Source: an uncultured Verrucomicrobiae bacterium (lineage in GTDB: Bacteria > Verrucomicrobiota > Verrucomicrobiia > Chthoniobacterales > UBA10450). From it: a stretch of 64,000 nt of DNA. Location: positions 1,248,001 to 1,312,000 of the forward strand of contig CAVTMK010000002.1 of assembly GCA_963735805.1 (NCBI GenBank). Reading direction: 5' to 3'. Of the stretch, positions 10,542-19,386 are shown one piece after another (the stretch's first letter is position 1; the number at the start of each line of letters is the position of its first letter). Position numbers and translations under genes: made by a program. The notes under the pieces were generated by a model. The model searched no databases and was not told the origin of the DNA. It saw only the letters and a program-made list of their open reading frames with translations.

Positions 10542-11099
10542 TTATGTGAACATGATCCGATAGCGCAGGCCAGGCTTGCAGCCGAACTGCTGCGGTTTGA
10601 TGAAGTGCTCGACGAAGATGCCGCCATTCGCTTCGACGACGCGTTGTGACGCGATGTTGTCCGGATCGGTGGTGATCTCCACGTACAGCAGGCCGAGCGC
10701 CTTGGCTTCCGGGAGTATGAGGTGTAGCGCTGACTTTGCATACCCGCGGTGCTGCTTCCACGGCACGACCGCATAGCCGATATGCCCCAGACAATAGGGC
10801 GGCAGCGCCGTAGTACCGGGCTGCCACCGCAACCCGATGCTGCCACAGAATTCGCCGTCCCAGAGCCAGCGTCTGAAGCCCGGGAGGCGCTTGGCCGTCG
10901 AACCGTCCGGAAGAGTGATGGGAGGACCCTTGCCTTCGCGGTCTTCCATGCTGGCGAGAAACGCCGCTGCATCGGCCTGAATGCGGGAGAGCTCTTCGCG
11001 TGTGGCTTCGACACCGCGCTCATTGTCCGCAGACCACCCACGCTCAAGCGCAGCGACGTAGCTCACAAGGTGTTCGGGCCCGGGACGCACGAGCTGCAT
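10542..11099 (-). CDS. GNAT acetyltransferase (cassette)
   Basis: GHIGYAV..RGYA..DNIASQRVVEANGG. Confidence 0.9.
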   Translation of the reverse strand: MQLVRPGPEHLVSYVAALERGWSADNERGVEATREELSRIQADAAAFLASMEDREGKGPPITLPDGSTAKRLPGFRRWLWDGEFCGSIGLRWQPGTTALPPYCLGHIGYAVVPWKQHRGYAKSALHLILPEAKALGLLYVEITTDPDNIASQRVVEANGGIFVEHFIKPQQFGCKPGLRYRIMFT

Positions 11100-11106
11100 A
11101 CTAGAC

Positions 11107-11233
11107 GCCTAACGATACACAAGATCAGCGGTCGCGAGACCTTAGAAGCGGTCCACGCGGCAAAAGCGAGAAGGGGAATAACTCACGAAGCGGATTGTAC
11201 GTAATATCGCGGTTCACGAAGCATGGTTTAGAT
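11107..11233 (-). repeat. attC with degenerate R'' side
   Basis: gcctaac-gatacacaa-gatcagc ... ggtttagat. Confidence 0.6.
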
Positions 11234-11623
11234 GTTGTCGACGGCCACCGTTTCGACCCACTGTGCCCGCCAGGCAGGGGCGCTGAACGGGTCGGCAAAG
11301 TATTGGGTTTCATGCGATACTTTTCCATCACGAAACTCCATAATGCTGACGGTATAGACGCGCTTGCCCTCGTACATAATCACATACTCAGTGATCCAGA
11401 GATTGCCGTTTCCCACGATCCGGCGGACCGAAAACCCCGATGGCTTGCCAGGATGATGACTACGAAGCGCCTGCAGGTTATTCCGACCGCGAATTACCTC
11501 GCCTGATTGTGGATACTCGCACACGACATCATCGTGGTAGATTTCATGTTCGGCAACCTGATCACCCGCAGCCGACGCTGCCCAATGCCGATCAATAGCT
11601 ATCCGAATGTTCTGCTGTTCCAT
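11228..11623 (-). CDS. SnoaL/NTF2-like protein
   Basis: YPQSGEVIRGR..ETQYFADPF. Confidence 0.85.
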   Translation of the reverse strand: MEQQNIRIAIDRHWAASAAGDQVAEHEIYHDDVVCEYPQSGEVIRGRNNLQALRSHHPGKPSGFSVRRIVGNGNLWITEYVIMYEGKRVYTVSIMEFRDGKVSHETQYFADPFSAPAWRAQWVETVAVDNI

Positions 11624-11667
11624 TAGCGGTCTTCTAGGTCAGACGTTCCGAAGTGTAAGGCGAGCTT

Positions 11668-12123
11668 CTAATTGTCAGCCCATGACCAGGCGGTAATCTG
11701 CCAGTCCTGTGCTGCTTTGTGTAACACCAGAGTCATAACACCGGTTTCGTTGACTATTTCTGTCTTCTTCTTGAAACGGAAGGTTGTCGGAACAACCACG
11801 TATGCGTCAGCACCTGTGACATCGACGTGCTTCGGTTTGTCCAGAGTTACAACCGCTTCGCTCATGTTGTTCGCCTTGGCGTAAGCCTGATAAGCCTTGA
11901 ACCATTTCGAGGCGGCTCCGGCCCCGTGCCACACGTGCGGCGGAAAATCGTCGATAATCAAAGCTTCCTCCGCGCAAGCGGTCTCAGCCATTTTGACGTC
12001 GCTCTTGTTAAAACCCTCTACAAACTGCTGCACAGGGACCATTACATCTGTCTCTTCAGATGCGACGGCCGATCTTCCGATCACGGCGACGGAGATCGCG
12101 AGTGCGATCATTAGTTTGTGCAT
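11668..12123 (-). CDS. Secreted NTF2-like protein
   Basis: Signal peptide, C-terminal WQITAWSW. Start taken at MHKLM. Confidence 0.75.
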   Translation of the reverse strand: MHKLMIALAISVAVIGRSAVASEETDVMVPVQQFVEGFNKSDVKMAETACAEEALIIDDFPPHVWHGAGAASKWFKAYQAYAKANNMSEAVVTLDKPKHVDVTGADAYVVVPTTFRFKKKTEIVNETGVMTLVLHKAAQDWQITAWSWADN

Positions 12124-12166
12124 ATTGGATTTGCTCCTTTGTGGGTTGCTTTTACTACGGTAATTC

Positions 12167-12236
12167 GTCGAACGAGACATAAGATCAACGATCGCGCGAG
12201 TTAGAAATGACATTCGCATAACAAGCATACTAAACC
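12167..12236 (-). repeat. Truncated attC (R'-L' half)
   Basis: gtcgaacgagacataagatcaacgatcgcgcgagttagaaatgacattcgcat resembles 19277-19330. Confidence 0.55.
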
Positions 12237-12255
12237 ACAAAAGAAAATTGGGTCA

Positions 12256-12723
12256 TCAGGGAGACGGGATGACCGTATCTTGAGCCGCGACGATTTGCCA
12301 TTGCCCATTGCGCTTTAACCACGTGTCAGTCCACACCTGACATCGCCTTGTCTCCGTGCCGTCGGCTGCCTTCCGGATACGGCTTTCCGATCCGTACGCG
12401 ATGGCAATGGAGTCTCCAAAAAACCGCACCTTTACGTCACCGAGCTGACAGTCGCGAGCGACTGCCTTGGGATCGGTGGCGATAGCTTGTACCTTGCCGT
12501 AGCGACGACCGTCGGTTGCCGTTCCCTGGAAGTCGTCTGCTATAACGGTCTTCAGGTCTGGCTGAGGGCTACAGCTTGAGCTGGCCCATTTAGCTTCTGC
12601 AGCGATAATGAATTTGACAGTGGAGTCGTCCGGCGACCCCCATCTGCTGTCCTGGGCAATGGTTGGTGTTGTGAGACAGCCAAGAAACGAGAGCGTAGCA
12701 GTGAAGAGCATTGTGCGTGACAT
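12256..12723 (-). CDS. Secreted DUF4440/NTF2-like protein
   Basis: IADDF..WTDTWLKRNGQWQIVA. Confidence 0.85.
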   Translation of the reverse strand: MSRTMLFTATLSFLGCLTTPTIAQDSRWGSPDDSTVKFIIAAEAKWASSSCSPQPDLKTVIADDFQGTATDGRRYGKVQAIATDPKAVARDCQLGDVKVRFFGDSIAIAYGSESRIRKAADGTETRRCQVWTDTWLKRNGQWQIVAAQDTVIPSP

Positions 12724-12775
12724 ATATTCTCCTAATAGAACTGCCGAATTACAAAAGCCATAGTTTTATCTCGCC

Positions 12776-12887
12776 GCATACCGAGACACAAAATCAGCTA
12801 TCGCGACCGAGGGCGCGCTGGCTGCGAGTAGCTATCCCGAGCAGGAACACAAATCGGGACGCAGTTAGCTACATCGCCTGGTCAGAC
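12776..12887 (-). repeat. Degenerate attC
   Basis: gcatacc-gagacacaa-aatcagc ... gctacatcgcctg-gtcagac, both cores mutated. Confidence 0.6.
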
Positions 12888-13289
12888 CGTGTCGTGCGTG
12901 CGCCGCCAAAGAGCGTCGAGGCTCCACAAGCCCGAGCCGTGAAAGAAAATGTAGAGAAAAACGAAACAATAGAGCACCGCCGTCTCGCCACCGTTGGTAA
13001 TAGGCGCGAAGCCGCGACCCGCGCAGACCATGAAGTATGCTACGGCCATTTCGCCACTGGCAAGAAATGCTGCGGCTCTCCCGCAAAATCCAACCGCGAC
13101 CAGGGTGCCGGTCACGAACTCGATCAGCCCCGCGGCCAATCCCAGAGGACTGTGGATCGCAATCCTGCCGCCAAGCACACCAAACAGCTTCTGCGCGCCA
13201 TGGCACGCGAAAAGCAGTCCCACGATGATCCTGAGGATTGCATAGCACTTCCCGCTATGTCGTGTAAGAAAGACCGATGGACTCCGCAT
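12882..13289 (-). CDS. DoxX family protein (cassette)
   Basis: LRIIVGLLFACHGAQKLFG..GSGLWSLD. Confidence 0.9.
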   Translation of the reverse strand: MRSPSVFLTRHSGKCYAILRIIVGLLFACHGAQKLFGVLGGRIAIHSPLGLAAGLIEFVTGTLVAVGFCGRAAAFLASGEMAVAYFMVCAGRGFAPITNGGETAVLYCFVFLYIFFHGSGLWSLDALWRRTHDTV

Positions 13290-13291
13290 AG

Positions 13292-13458
13292 GTCTAGCGA
13301 GAAAGAGAATGGAGCCCGCGGGGAGCGGTGCGACATAGACGGGAAGCCGGCAGGATGGTTTCTCGGGAAGAAAACATCACAAGCCACGGCAAGGTGCCGT
13401 GGCACACACGCTGAACGTATCTCGGGATGGGGCCGAGGGCTTCATCGATTAGTTAGAT
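13292..13458 (-). repeat. Family-A attC with a 71-bp short form of insert 1
   Basis: 167 bp, and removing 13309-13379 leaves a 96-bp family-A site. Confidence 0.8.
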
Positions 13459-13495
13459 GGTTCGCGTAATCATCACGCTCGCGTTCTTCACACGA

Positions 13496-13798
13496 TCATC
13501 TGCTTGCAGGCACGCACTTGAACCGAATCTCCGCAGATGCAGACTGTCCGGGTTTCGAGTCCTGTGCCGTGCCGTTCAAGGGAATCATTTCGCCCCCTTT
13601 GATCCGACAGAACTCCGCAGCTTGCTGGTAGAGCCGCGCTTTGACCGCACTGCCGGAAAAATCAGTAGAGTTACCAACACCGGCCATCTTGTAAGTGTTC
13701 GGTCCGATTTGAACGACGCGGTCTGTTCCCGAAGTGGCACATCCGCAAATACACACCACGATGCCGACAACCGAAGCGAAAGATCGAAAGGATTTCAT
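13496..13798 (-). CDS. Small lipoprotein
   Basis: Lipobox ICGC, VVQIGPNTY. Confidence 0.7.
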   Translation of the reverse strand: MKSFRSFASVVGIVVCICGCATSGTDRVVQIGPNTYKMAGVGNSTDFSGSAVKARLYQQAAEFCRIKGGEMIPLNGTAQDSKPGQSASAEIRFKCVPASR

Positions 13799-13893
13799 TG
13801 GGGTGGGTATCAGTCGTGCTAAGAAGAGCATTGCAACAGCGAGCCAGGCGGAAAGCGAGCAAAAAAAACCAAGGCGCCACGAAAGAAGATAAA

Positions 13894-13914
13894 GGCTTCA
13901 TCGATTGGTTAGAT
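13894..13914 (-). repeat. attC remnant (R''-L'' half)
   Basis: ggcttcatcgattggttagat. Confidence 0.65.
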
Positions 13915-13929
13915 GTAAAAGCAGCCATA

Positions 13930-14394
13930 TTATTTCTTCGCCGGGATTTCGTCGTACATGTAGCGAAAGATCTTCCACGAACCATCCGTTTGCTTCTTCC
14001 ACACCAGCAGGTTCTTGCCGCGGAAATGGATCTGTTTCCCGTTCCTCGTCACGTCACCATCGAAAACCGAGGTCGCAATCGCGACGTTATCCACCACGTG
14101 GAAGCTGTTCCAATTAACTGTCAGCGTGAACGGCACAAAGTGCGGGTCGGCGACAAGCTTCTTGTAATACTCGCCGATCGCTGCCTTGCCGAGCACGGGC
14201 TCCTCCTCTTTAGGCATGAGAACCGCGTCCTCGTCGTAAAGGTTCGTGAGCGCCATGGCATCTTTCTTGTTCGCTGCGGCCAGCCACTCCTTGTAGCGAT
14301 CCTCCACCGCGGCCTTGATGTTGGCTTCGTTGTTTTGCGCGAAGACCGGCAGGACGACCAGGAACATGATTGTGAGCGAGAGCAGTTTGCTCAT
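13930..14394 (-). CDS. Secreted DUF4440/SgcJ-like NTF2 protein
   Basis: LYDEDAVLMP..VWKKQTDGSWKI. Start taken at MSKLL. Confidence 0.85.
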   Translation of the reverse strand: MSKLLSLTIMFLVVLPVFAQNNEANIKAAVEDRYKEWLAAANKKDAMALTNLYDEDAVLMPKEEEPVLGKAAIGEYYKKLVADPHFVPFTLTVNWNSFHVVDNVAIATSVFDGDVTRNGKQIHFRGKNLLVWKKQTDGSWKIFRYMYDEIPAKK

Positions 14395-14445
14395 GCTCTT
14401 TAGACAGTCGGCACCATTTACGTGTTGAAACTGATTCGTCATCTT

Positions 14446-14467
14446 GGCTTCCATCGACTGGTTAGAT
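14446..14467 (-). repeat. attC remnant (R''-L'' half)
   Basis: ggcttccatcgactggttagat next to the stop codon. Confidence 0.6.
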
Positions 14468-15061
14468 CTAGCGATGGAGCATCGGGGAAACGTCGAAGCC
14501 GAAGACTACCTGCCAAACAAAGATCACTATTCCCATTATCGTATGCGTGCGAATGCGCCTTGAGCGAAATCCAATGACTGCCACCGGAATGCCAGCGACA
14601 GAATATCCCCAGCCCAACACGCCTTGTCCTATGATATAAGTCCAGCCGCCCTTCATGTATGAGTCCATCACATCGATGACCAAGCCAAGCAGGTAAACTG
14701 AATAGAACCAGCGGCGCTTTGACAGGAAATATGCATTCAGGTCGTCGACTTTGTCCCAGTCCCTGGGAATGAGAAGAGCCGCGAGAAGAAACAGAACAAC
14801 TGCGTAGCAGATAATCAGAAAATAGTTCCAGAGCGTCCAATGTTTCAGGATGTCGACCAGGCGGAATTCCCACCACCAGAAAAGAATCATCCACACAAAA
14901 ACCTGTGCCAGCCAGAATGCTGATGCCCAACTGAGTTGCAGTGGACGGTCGCCTTCAGTGTAACGCTCGATCGCACCGCTGACGCCTAAAAGCACGTTCG
15001 TAATGCCCAAGCCGATGATGATCGAAGTCAGCACCATCACGTGCTGAAATTGGTCGCTCAT
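14468..15061 (-). CDS. Hypothetical multi-TM protein (cassette)
   Basis: About six hydrophobic segments, FWWWEF. Start taken at MSDQF. Confidence 0.75.
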   Translation of the reverse strand: MSDQFQHVMVLTSIIIGLGITNVLLGVSGAIERYTEGDRPLQLSWASAFWLAQVFVWMILFWWWEFRLVDILKHWTLWNYFLIICYAVVLFLLAALLIPRDWDKVDDLNAYFLSKRRWFYSVYLLGLVIDVMDSYMKGGWTYIIGQGVLGWGYSVAGIPVAVIGFRSRRIRTHTIMGIVIFVWQVVFGFDVSPMLHR

Positions 15062-15100
15062 ATCATTCTCGCATTGTAGATTACCAGTGCTTCCCTGGTC

Positions 15101-15223
15101 GTCTAACGAGACCAAGCTGAGCTACCGCCGCTGAGAGCGAGCGCGGCCTGGGCTGAAACTATTTTATTCATCTGAAATGCAAATGTACGCCGGTCCGCGG
15201 TTCGGTACATCGACTGTGTAAAT
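15101..15223 (-). repeat. attC with degenerate R''
   Basis: gtctaac-gagaccaa-gctgagc ... gcggttcggtacatcgactgtgtaaat. Confidence 0.65.
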
Positions 15224-15233
15224 CCGTAAAGGC

Positions 15234-16400
15234 TCATAAACCGGCGAAGAACGCTGCGATATCGCGGGCGAGCAACTGGGGCTCCTCGGCTGGCGCGAAG
15301 TGGCCGCCTCTCGGCATCGGCGTCCACCGGCGCACGTTGTATAGACGTTCGGCCCATTCGCGGGGAGGTGTTCCCTCATCGACAAAATTATTGGCGAAAA
15401 CGGCGATGCCAGTTGGCACGTCGACGAACTCTTGTGGTCCAATGGTGATTCGGAACCGCCTGTTGTCGTTGTCAAAGTAATCCCGCATAGAGGATGTGAT
15501 CGTCTGTGTTACCCAGTAGAGCGTCACCGTGGTCAACAAGAAATCGCGGGAGAGGCGCTCATCGAGATTACCACGGGAATCGGCCCAGGAGCGCCACTTT
15601 TCCAGAATCCAGGCGGCGAGCCCAGCGGGCGAGTCGTTCAGCGCGTATCCAAGCGTCTGCGGCTTCGTGGACTGAATTGCCTTGTAACCATATTCTTCTT
15701 GCCAGAATGCCTCGTTGCGCTCGCGATAAGTTTTCTCCGCCGCGGACAGTGGCCGCGTCCCTGGTCCAGTGTAGGGAGTAATCTCCAGATTACTCAGGTA
15801 GACGCCAATCATTGGTTTTGGATTGTTCAACGCCATGAACGTGGCAATCCCGGCTCCGAAATCTCCGCCTTGCGCCCCGTAGCGCTCGTAACCCAAACCA
15901 CGCATGAGGCGGTGCCATAGCCCGGCGACGTGCTGATAGTTCACGCCCAACTGACGGGGCCGCTCGGAGAACCCGTAACCAGGAAGGGAAGGGATGACGA
16001 CGTCAAAGGCGGGACCGTCGATGCCGTGGGCGTGTGGATCGGTCAGGAACGGCACTAGCGGAAGCAGCTCTACGAACGTGCTAGGCCAGCCGTGAATCAA
16101 AATCAGCGGAATGCCGTTTCCGTGCCTGGCCCGCTCATGGACGAAGTGGATATGAACGCCATCGAGCTCTGCGCGGAACTGGGTGGCCGCGTTCAGCTCG
16201 CGCTCTTGTGCCTGCCAATCGAACTCGTCGGCCCAATACGCAAGCAACTGCCTGAGGTACTCAAGGTCAGTCCCCTGTTCCCAGGCAGCGCCTGGTGCCT
16301 GATCAGGCCAGCGCGTCTTACGAATGCGCTCTCGGAGGTCAGACAAGATCTCTGCCTCGATTTGGATCGAGAACGGGGTGATATGTAACGGTGATTCCAT
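15234..16400 (-). CDS. Epoxide hydrolase (EHN plus alpha/beta hydrolase)
   Basis: TRWP, HGWP, QGGDFG, GGHFA. Confidence 0.93.
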   Translation of the reverse strand: MESPLHITPFSIQIEAEILSDLRERIRKTRWPDQAPGAAWEQGTDLEYLRQLLAYWADEFDWQAQERELNAATQFRAELDGVHIHFVHERARHGNGIPLILIHGWPSTFVELLPLVPFLTDPHAHGIDGPAFDVVIPSLPGYGFSERPRQLGVNYQHVAGLWHRLMRGLGYERYGAQGGDFGAGIATFMALNNPKPMIGVYLSNLEITPYTGPGTRPLSAAEKTYRERNEAFWQEEYGYKAIQSTKPQTLGYALNDSPAGLAAWILEKWRSWADSRGNLDERLSRDFLLTTVTLYWVTQTITSSMRDYFDNDNRRFRITIGPQEFVDVPTGIAVFANNFVDEGTPPREWAERLYNVRRWTPMPRGGHFAPAEEPQLLARDIAAFFAGL

Positions 16401-16437
16401 TGTAGGTCTTACCAGCTAGCTAACATTGTCGCCTGCT

Positions 16438-16737
16438 GCCTAACAAAATCGATGCACTAGCGGGAGCGTAAGCCGGGCACCTGGACGAAGTCGACGGTGT
16501 CGTGGCAAACACGCCGAGCTTATACTGCAATGGGGCCAGCCTGCTCGCGAATGGAGCAGCGGGACGGCAGCGACATAGATGGGCAAACCGAGAGGTCGAA
16601 TGGAGCTTAACGGAAAAGCGACATAGAAGGTAAAACTGTGAGGGAAGCAGCGAGCGAGTCGGGGAAGGAGCGAGTTTCAAATGAGCGGGAGCGAATGAGT
16701 CAAAGCTTTCGGAGTTGGCCTCATCGACTGGTTAGAC
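16438..16737 (-). repeat. Expanded family-A attC truncated inside insert 2, with full insert 3
   Basis: Colinear with ~21836-22132 and ~24358-24654. Confidence 0.85.
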
Positions 16738-16762
16738 GCTTCGGCGGAACATGCATGGAGCC

Positions 16763-17167
16763 TTAGACACTTCCCGCATCACGTGCGACTTGGAGCGTGT
16801 CGAGGTATTGTTGGAACTTGACAGGCCGGCCGTCGCGGGTTGTCCAGACGTGAGCCACCTGTGCTTTGCGTTCCTTAGCTTGCCCGTGAAACCTAAAGTA
16901 ATAGTAGCCGAGAGCCACAACTCTCTCGCCGCCGTTGCACTCAAAGATCTCGTCCACGTCAAAGACGAGTTTGTCAAAACCCGCCGTTAAGCGTTCGAAA
17001 ATGCCTGAGCGCACCGCCACTATCCCGTGATACGGGCTGCGGTCCGCGAACGGCGAATTATCAGCCACAATCCAGACGATGTCGTCAGCCAAATACGACA
17101 TCACTGCTTCGTAGTCGCGTTCGCCCAAGCGTGCGTAGAGTGTTTCAATATCCGTGATCGCATTCAT
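16763..17167 (-). CDS. SnoaL/NTF2-like protein (cassette)
   Basis: LADDIVW..AHVWT..FQQYLDT. Confidence 0.88.
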   Translation of the reverse strand: MNAITDIETLYARLGERDYEAVMSYLADDIVWIVADNSPFADRSPYHGIVAVRSGIFERLTAGFDKLVFDVDEIFECNGGERVVALGYYYFRFHGQAKERKAQVAHVWTTRDGRPVKFQQYLDTLQVARDAGSV

Positions 17168-17177
17168 ATTCGATAAG

Positions 17178-17290
17178 GTCTAACGAGAAAAAGCTCAGCC
17201 ACCGCTGGCGGCAGCGAGTATAGCAAACTCACAGAGTTCTTTCATAAAGCAAACGTGCGCATCGCGGTTGGCTGCAGCGCTTGGTTAGGC
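17178..17290 (-). repeat. attC
   Basis: gtctaac-N8-gctcagcc ... ggctgcagc-N5-gttaggc. Confidence 0.88.
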
Positions 17291-17767
17291 GAATTCAATT
17301 TTCCGAAGCATGACGACGGATTCTTTGTCGCCGACCTCGCGCTCATATATCGCCCATCCATTCTTTTCATAAACTGAAGCGGTCACAGCGAGGCAGTCGA
17401 TGAAAAGGCCTTTGATGCGTGCTCTTGCAGCGATCGAAGCGGCTTCATGGAGGATCATCGAGGCAATCCCTCGGCGGCGAAAGTCCGGCCTGACGTAAAC
17501 TGCAGCGATCCAGGGTGCATATTGGGGGCGATGAATGCAGTCGTTTTCGATGACGCAGCAACTTCCAACTGGTTCGCCCTCGGCCAGAGCGATCACACTA
17601 TACGGCACAGTATGCAGTTTCGTATGGCTCCGGAGCCAGTTGAAAACAACCTCGGGCGAGTCGCATCGCTTGCTCCACCACTCGTCGTAGATCCAGCGCC
17701 CAACGGTCTCGAGGTGCTCTGGGCACTCCGATAGCTGCTTAAGGGCGATCGTCATTCGGCGGGACAT
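17285..17767 (-). CDS. GNAT acetyltransferase (cassette)
   Basis: PWIAAVYVRPDFRRRGIA..YEKNGW. Confidence 0.9.
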   Translation of the reverse strand: MSRRMTIALKQLSECPEHLETVGRWIYDEWWSKRCDSPEVVFNWLRSHTKLHTVPYSVIALAEGEPVGSCCVIENDCIHRPQYAPWIAAVYVRPDFRRRGIASMILHEAASIAARARIKGLFIDCLAVTASVYEKNGWAIYEREVGDKESVVMLRKIEFA

Positions 17768-17771
17768 TATC

Positions 17772-17897
17772 GCCTAACGAGACTCAAGATCAGTCACGAC
17801 TCTGGGAGGCGCACATAGCCTCATCCCGAGCATCCTAGCTAAGGTTAACATTGGAACGCAACGCCATAGAATCGTTCGCTGCATCGCCTGGTTAGAT
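17772..17897 (-). repeat. attC
   Basis: gcctaac-N9-gatcagt ... gctgcatc-N5-gttagat. Confidence 0.85.
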
Positions 17898-17909
17898 GCT
17901 TCCCTGCTA

Positions 17910-18410
17910 TCACTTTTCAGTCCGCGTAAGCTGAGCGAGTGAAGGGACACCGCGGACTTCTTCAAGGCTCTCGACGTAATTCCGAAATCCGGGCGCAAAG
18001 AACGTCCGCCTCATGGACCACCATGTCTTGACCGTTGGCACCATCCAAACGCTGCGCAGAAATGCGTCGTATCCCTCCCACTGATCGCGTTCGAGCGTGC
18101 CTTGACGCATTTGGAACCATCCATTCTCGAACAGCTTGAAATAACCGAGCATAAAAGATGCATACCGCGCTCTTTCCATCTCCGACGCGCTGCTCCAGTC
18201 TTTCAACATTGTGGCAGTCGTTAAAAGCTGGTCATTCTGCGACATCTGGATGGCAAGGTCATGCATCGATCTGGCAAGGGAGTCGACCACAATCGCGCGT
18301 GAAGAGCGCGTGTTTTGCCGGACCTGCGCCGCCACATAAAAGAGCGAGACGATGACGCCGATCGACGCGATTAGCTGTGCCCAGACATTGATCGTTTCCA
18401 CATTCATCAA
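17910..18410 (-). CDS. Hypothetical protein with N-terminal TM (paralog of 19381-19848)
   Basis: AQLIASIGVIVSL..QVRQNT..WW..F..GF. Confidence 0.8.
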   Translation of the reverse strand: MMNVETINVWAQLIASIGVIVSLFYVAAQVRQNTRSSRAIVVDSLARSMHDLAIQMSQNDQLLTTATMLKDWSSASEMERARYASFMLGYFKLFENGWFQMRQGTLERDQWEGYDAFLRSVWMVPTVKTWWSMRRTFFAPGFRNYVESLEEVRGVPSLAQLTRTEK

Positions 18411-18628
18411 GGTTTTTAAATCCGTGGTTTCTACGACCGATTCAGCCCCGATTCAATCATCTAACGATCACAGCTGCCGTAGCAACAACAGTCTTTCGCA
18501 TTATGAGACGGCGCACATTAATCTAACGAGAACAAGATGAGCGCCGGCGAACCCCGGCCGCGGCGGGTAAACTGTAGCGCGCGCGCCAATGACTTGCGCG
18601 AAATTACTCCAGTCCTGAAGCGTCATAG

Positions 18629-18752
18629 GCCTAACGAGACGGAACTGGGCCACCGCGGACGACAGCGAGCTCTGCCGCGAGGTTCAGTATTGAAGCGATC
18701 TGAAAGCTAGACATCGGAACGGCCAGCGGTTGGCTCCATCGATTGGTTAGGT
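18629..18752 (-). repeat. attC
   Basis: gcctaac-N8-actgggcc ... ggctccatc-N5-gttaggt. Confidence 0.85.
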
Positions 18753-19273
18753 CTTCTCAACTCGTAGCGATTCACGTATTGTTCGTAGGCGATGAAGCCG
18801 GGAATGGTCCTATACCGGCGTACGAACGCGAATCCGAGTTTTTCTAACACTCGATTTGGAGCAGGATTCTCCGCCGAAGGTTCACAAACGAGTTTTTGCA
18901 GATTGAATCGTTCGAAGTAAAACTTTGCCGATCGGCGCACAAATTCAGTCCCTAAACCCGCTCGCCTCAATTGCGAATCCCACAAATGCAAGTGTATAAA
19001 AGCCTCGGTGCCGGGGATGATCTTATTGATGCTTGAGTGGCCGATACGCCGTCCTCGAAATATCCAAACTAGATAGAAACGGTTTCTTTCGCTGTCTGGT
19101 TTGTCATGGTCGACTAAGAGCGCACCAAGCCATTTGTCTCTTTCAGGAAGTTTGAAGCGGTCTACGCCCATCCCGCGTAGAAATGAATCATCGGCTTTAT
19201 GAAAGTAATCCACCATTAGCTCGTATTCTTCCCGGCTTGAAAACGGACGGACATCTATCTCAACTCCCGTCAT
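18707..19273 (-). CDS. GNAT (RimJ/RimL-like) acetyltransferase reading into its attC
   Basis: RRAGLG..ENPAPNRVLEKLGF. Start at MTGVE just after the core site. Confidence 0.85.
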   Translation of the reverse strand: MTGVEIDVRPFSSREEYELMVDYFHKADDSFLRGMGVDRFKLPERDKWLGALLVDHDKPDSERNRFYLVWIFRGRRIGHSSINKIIPGTEAFIHLHLWDSQLRRAGLGTEFVRRSAKFYFERFNLQKLVCEPSAENPAPNRVLEKLGFAFVRRYRTIPGFIAYEQYVNRYELRRPNQSMEPTAGRSDV

Positions 19274-19276
19274 AAG

Positions 19277-19386
19277 ACCTAACGAAAACCCAAGATCAGC
19301 GATCGGCCAAGCTAGAAGTGATGTTCGCATTTTCTCAAAACTAGGCATAAGGACGGTCCGCGGTTCGCTGCATCGCGTCGTTAGGT
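19277..19386 (-). repeat. attC
   Basis: acctaac-N10-gatcagc ... gctgcatc-N5-gttaggt. Confidence 0.88.

Noticed and set aside
12711..14403. Long + strand ORFs opposite cassette genes (12711-13469, 13798-14403) and similar antisense ORFs elsewhere
   Set aside because: No recognisable motifs. They are shadow frames of real minus-strand genes.
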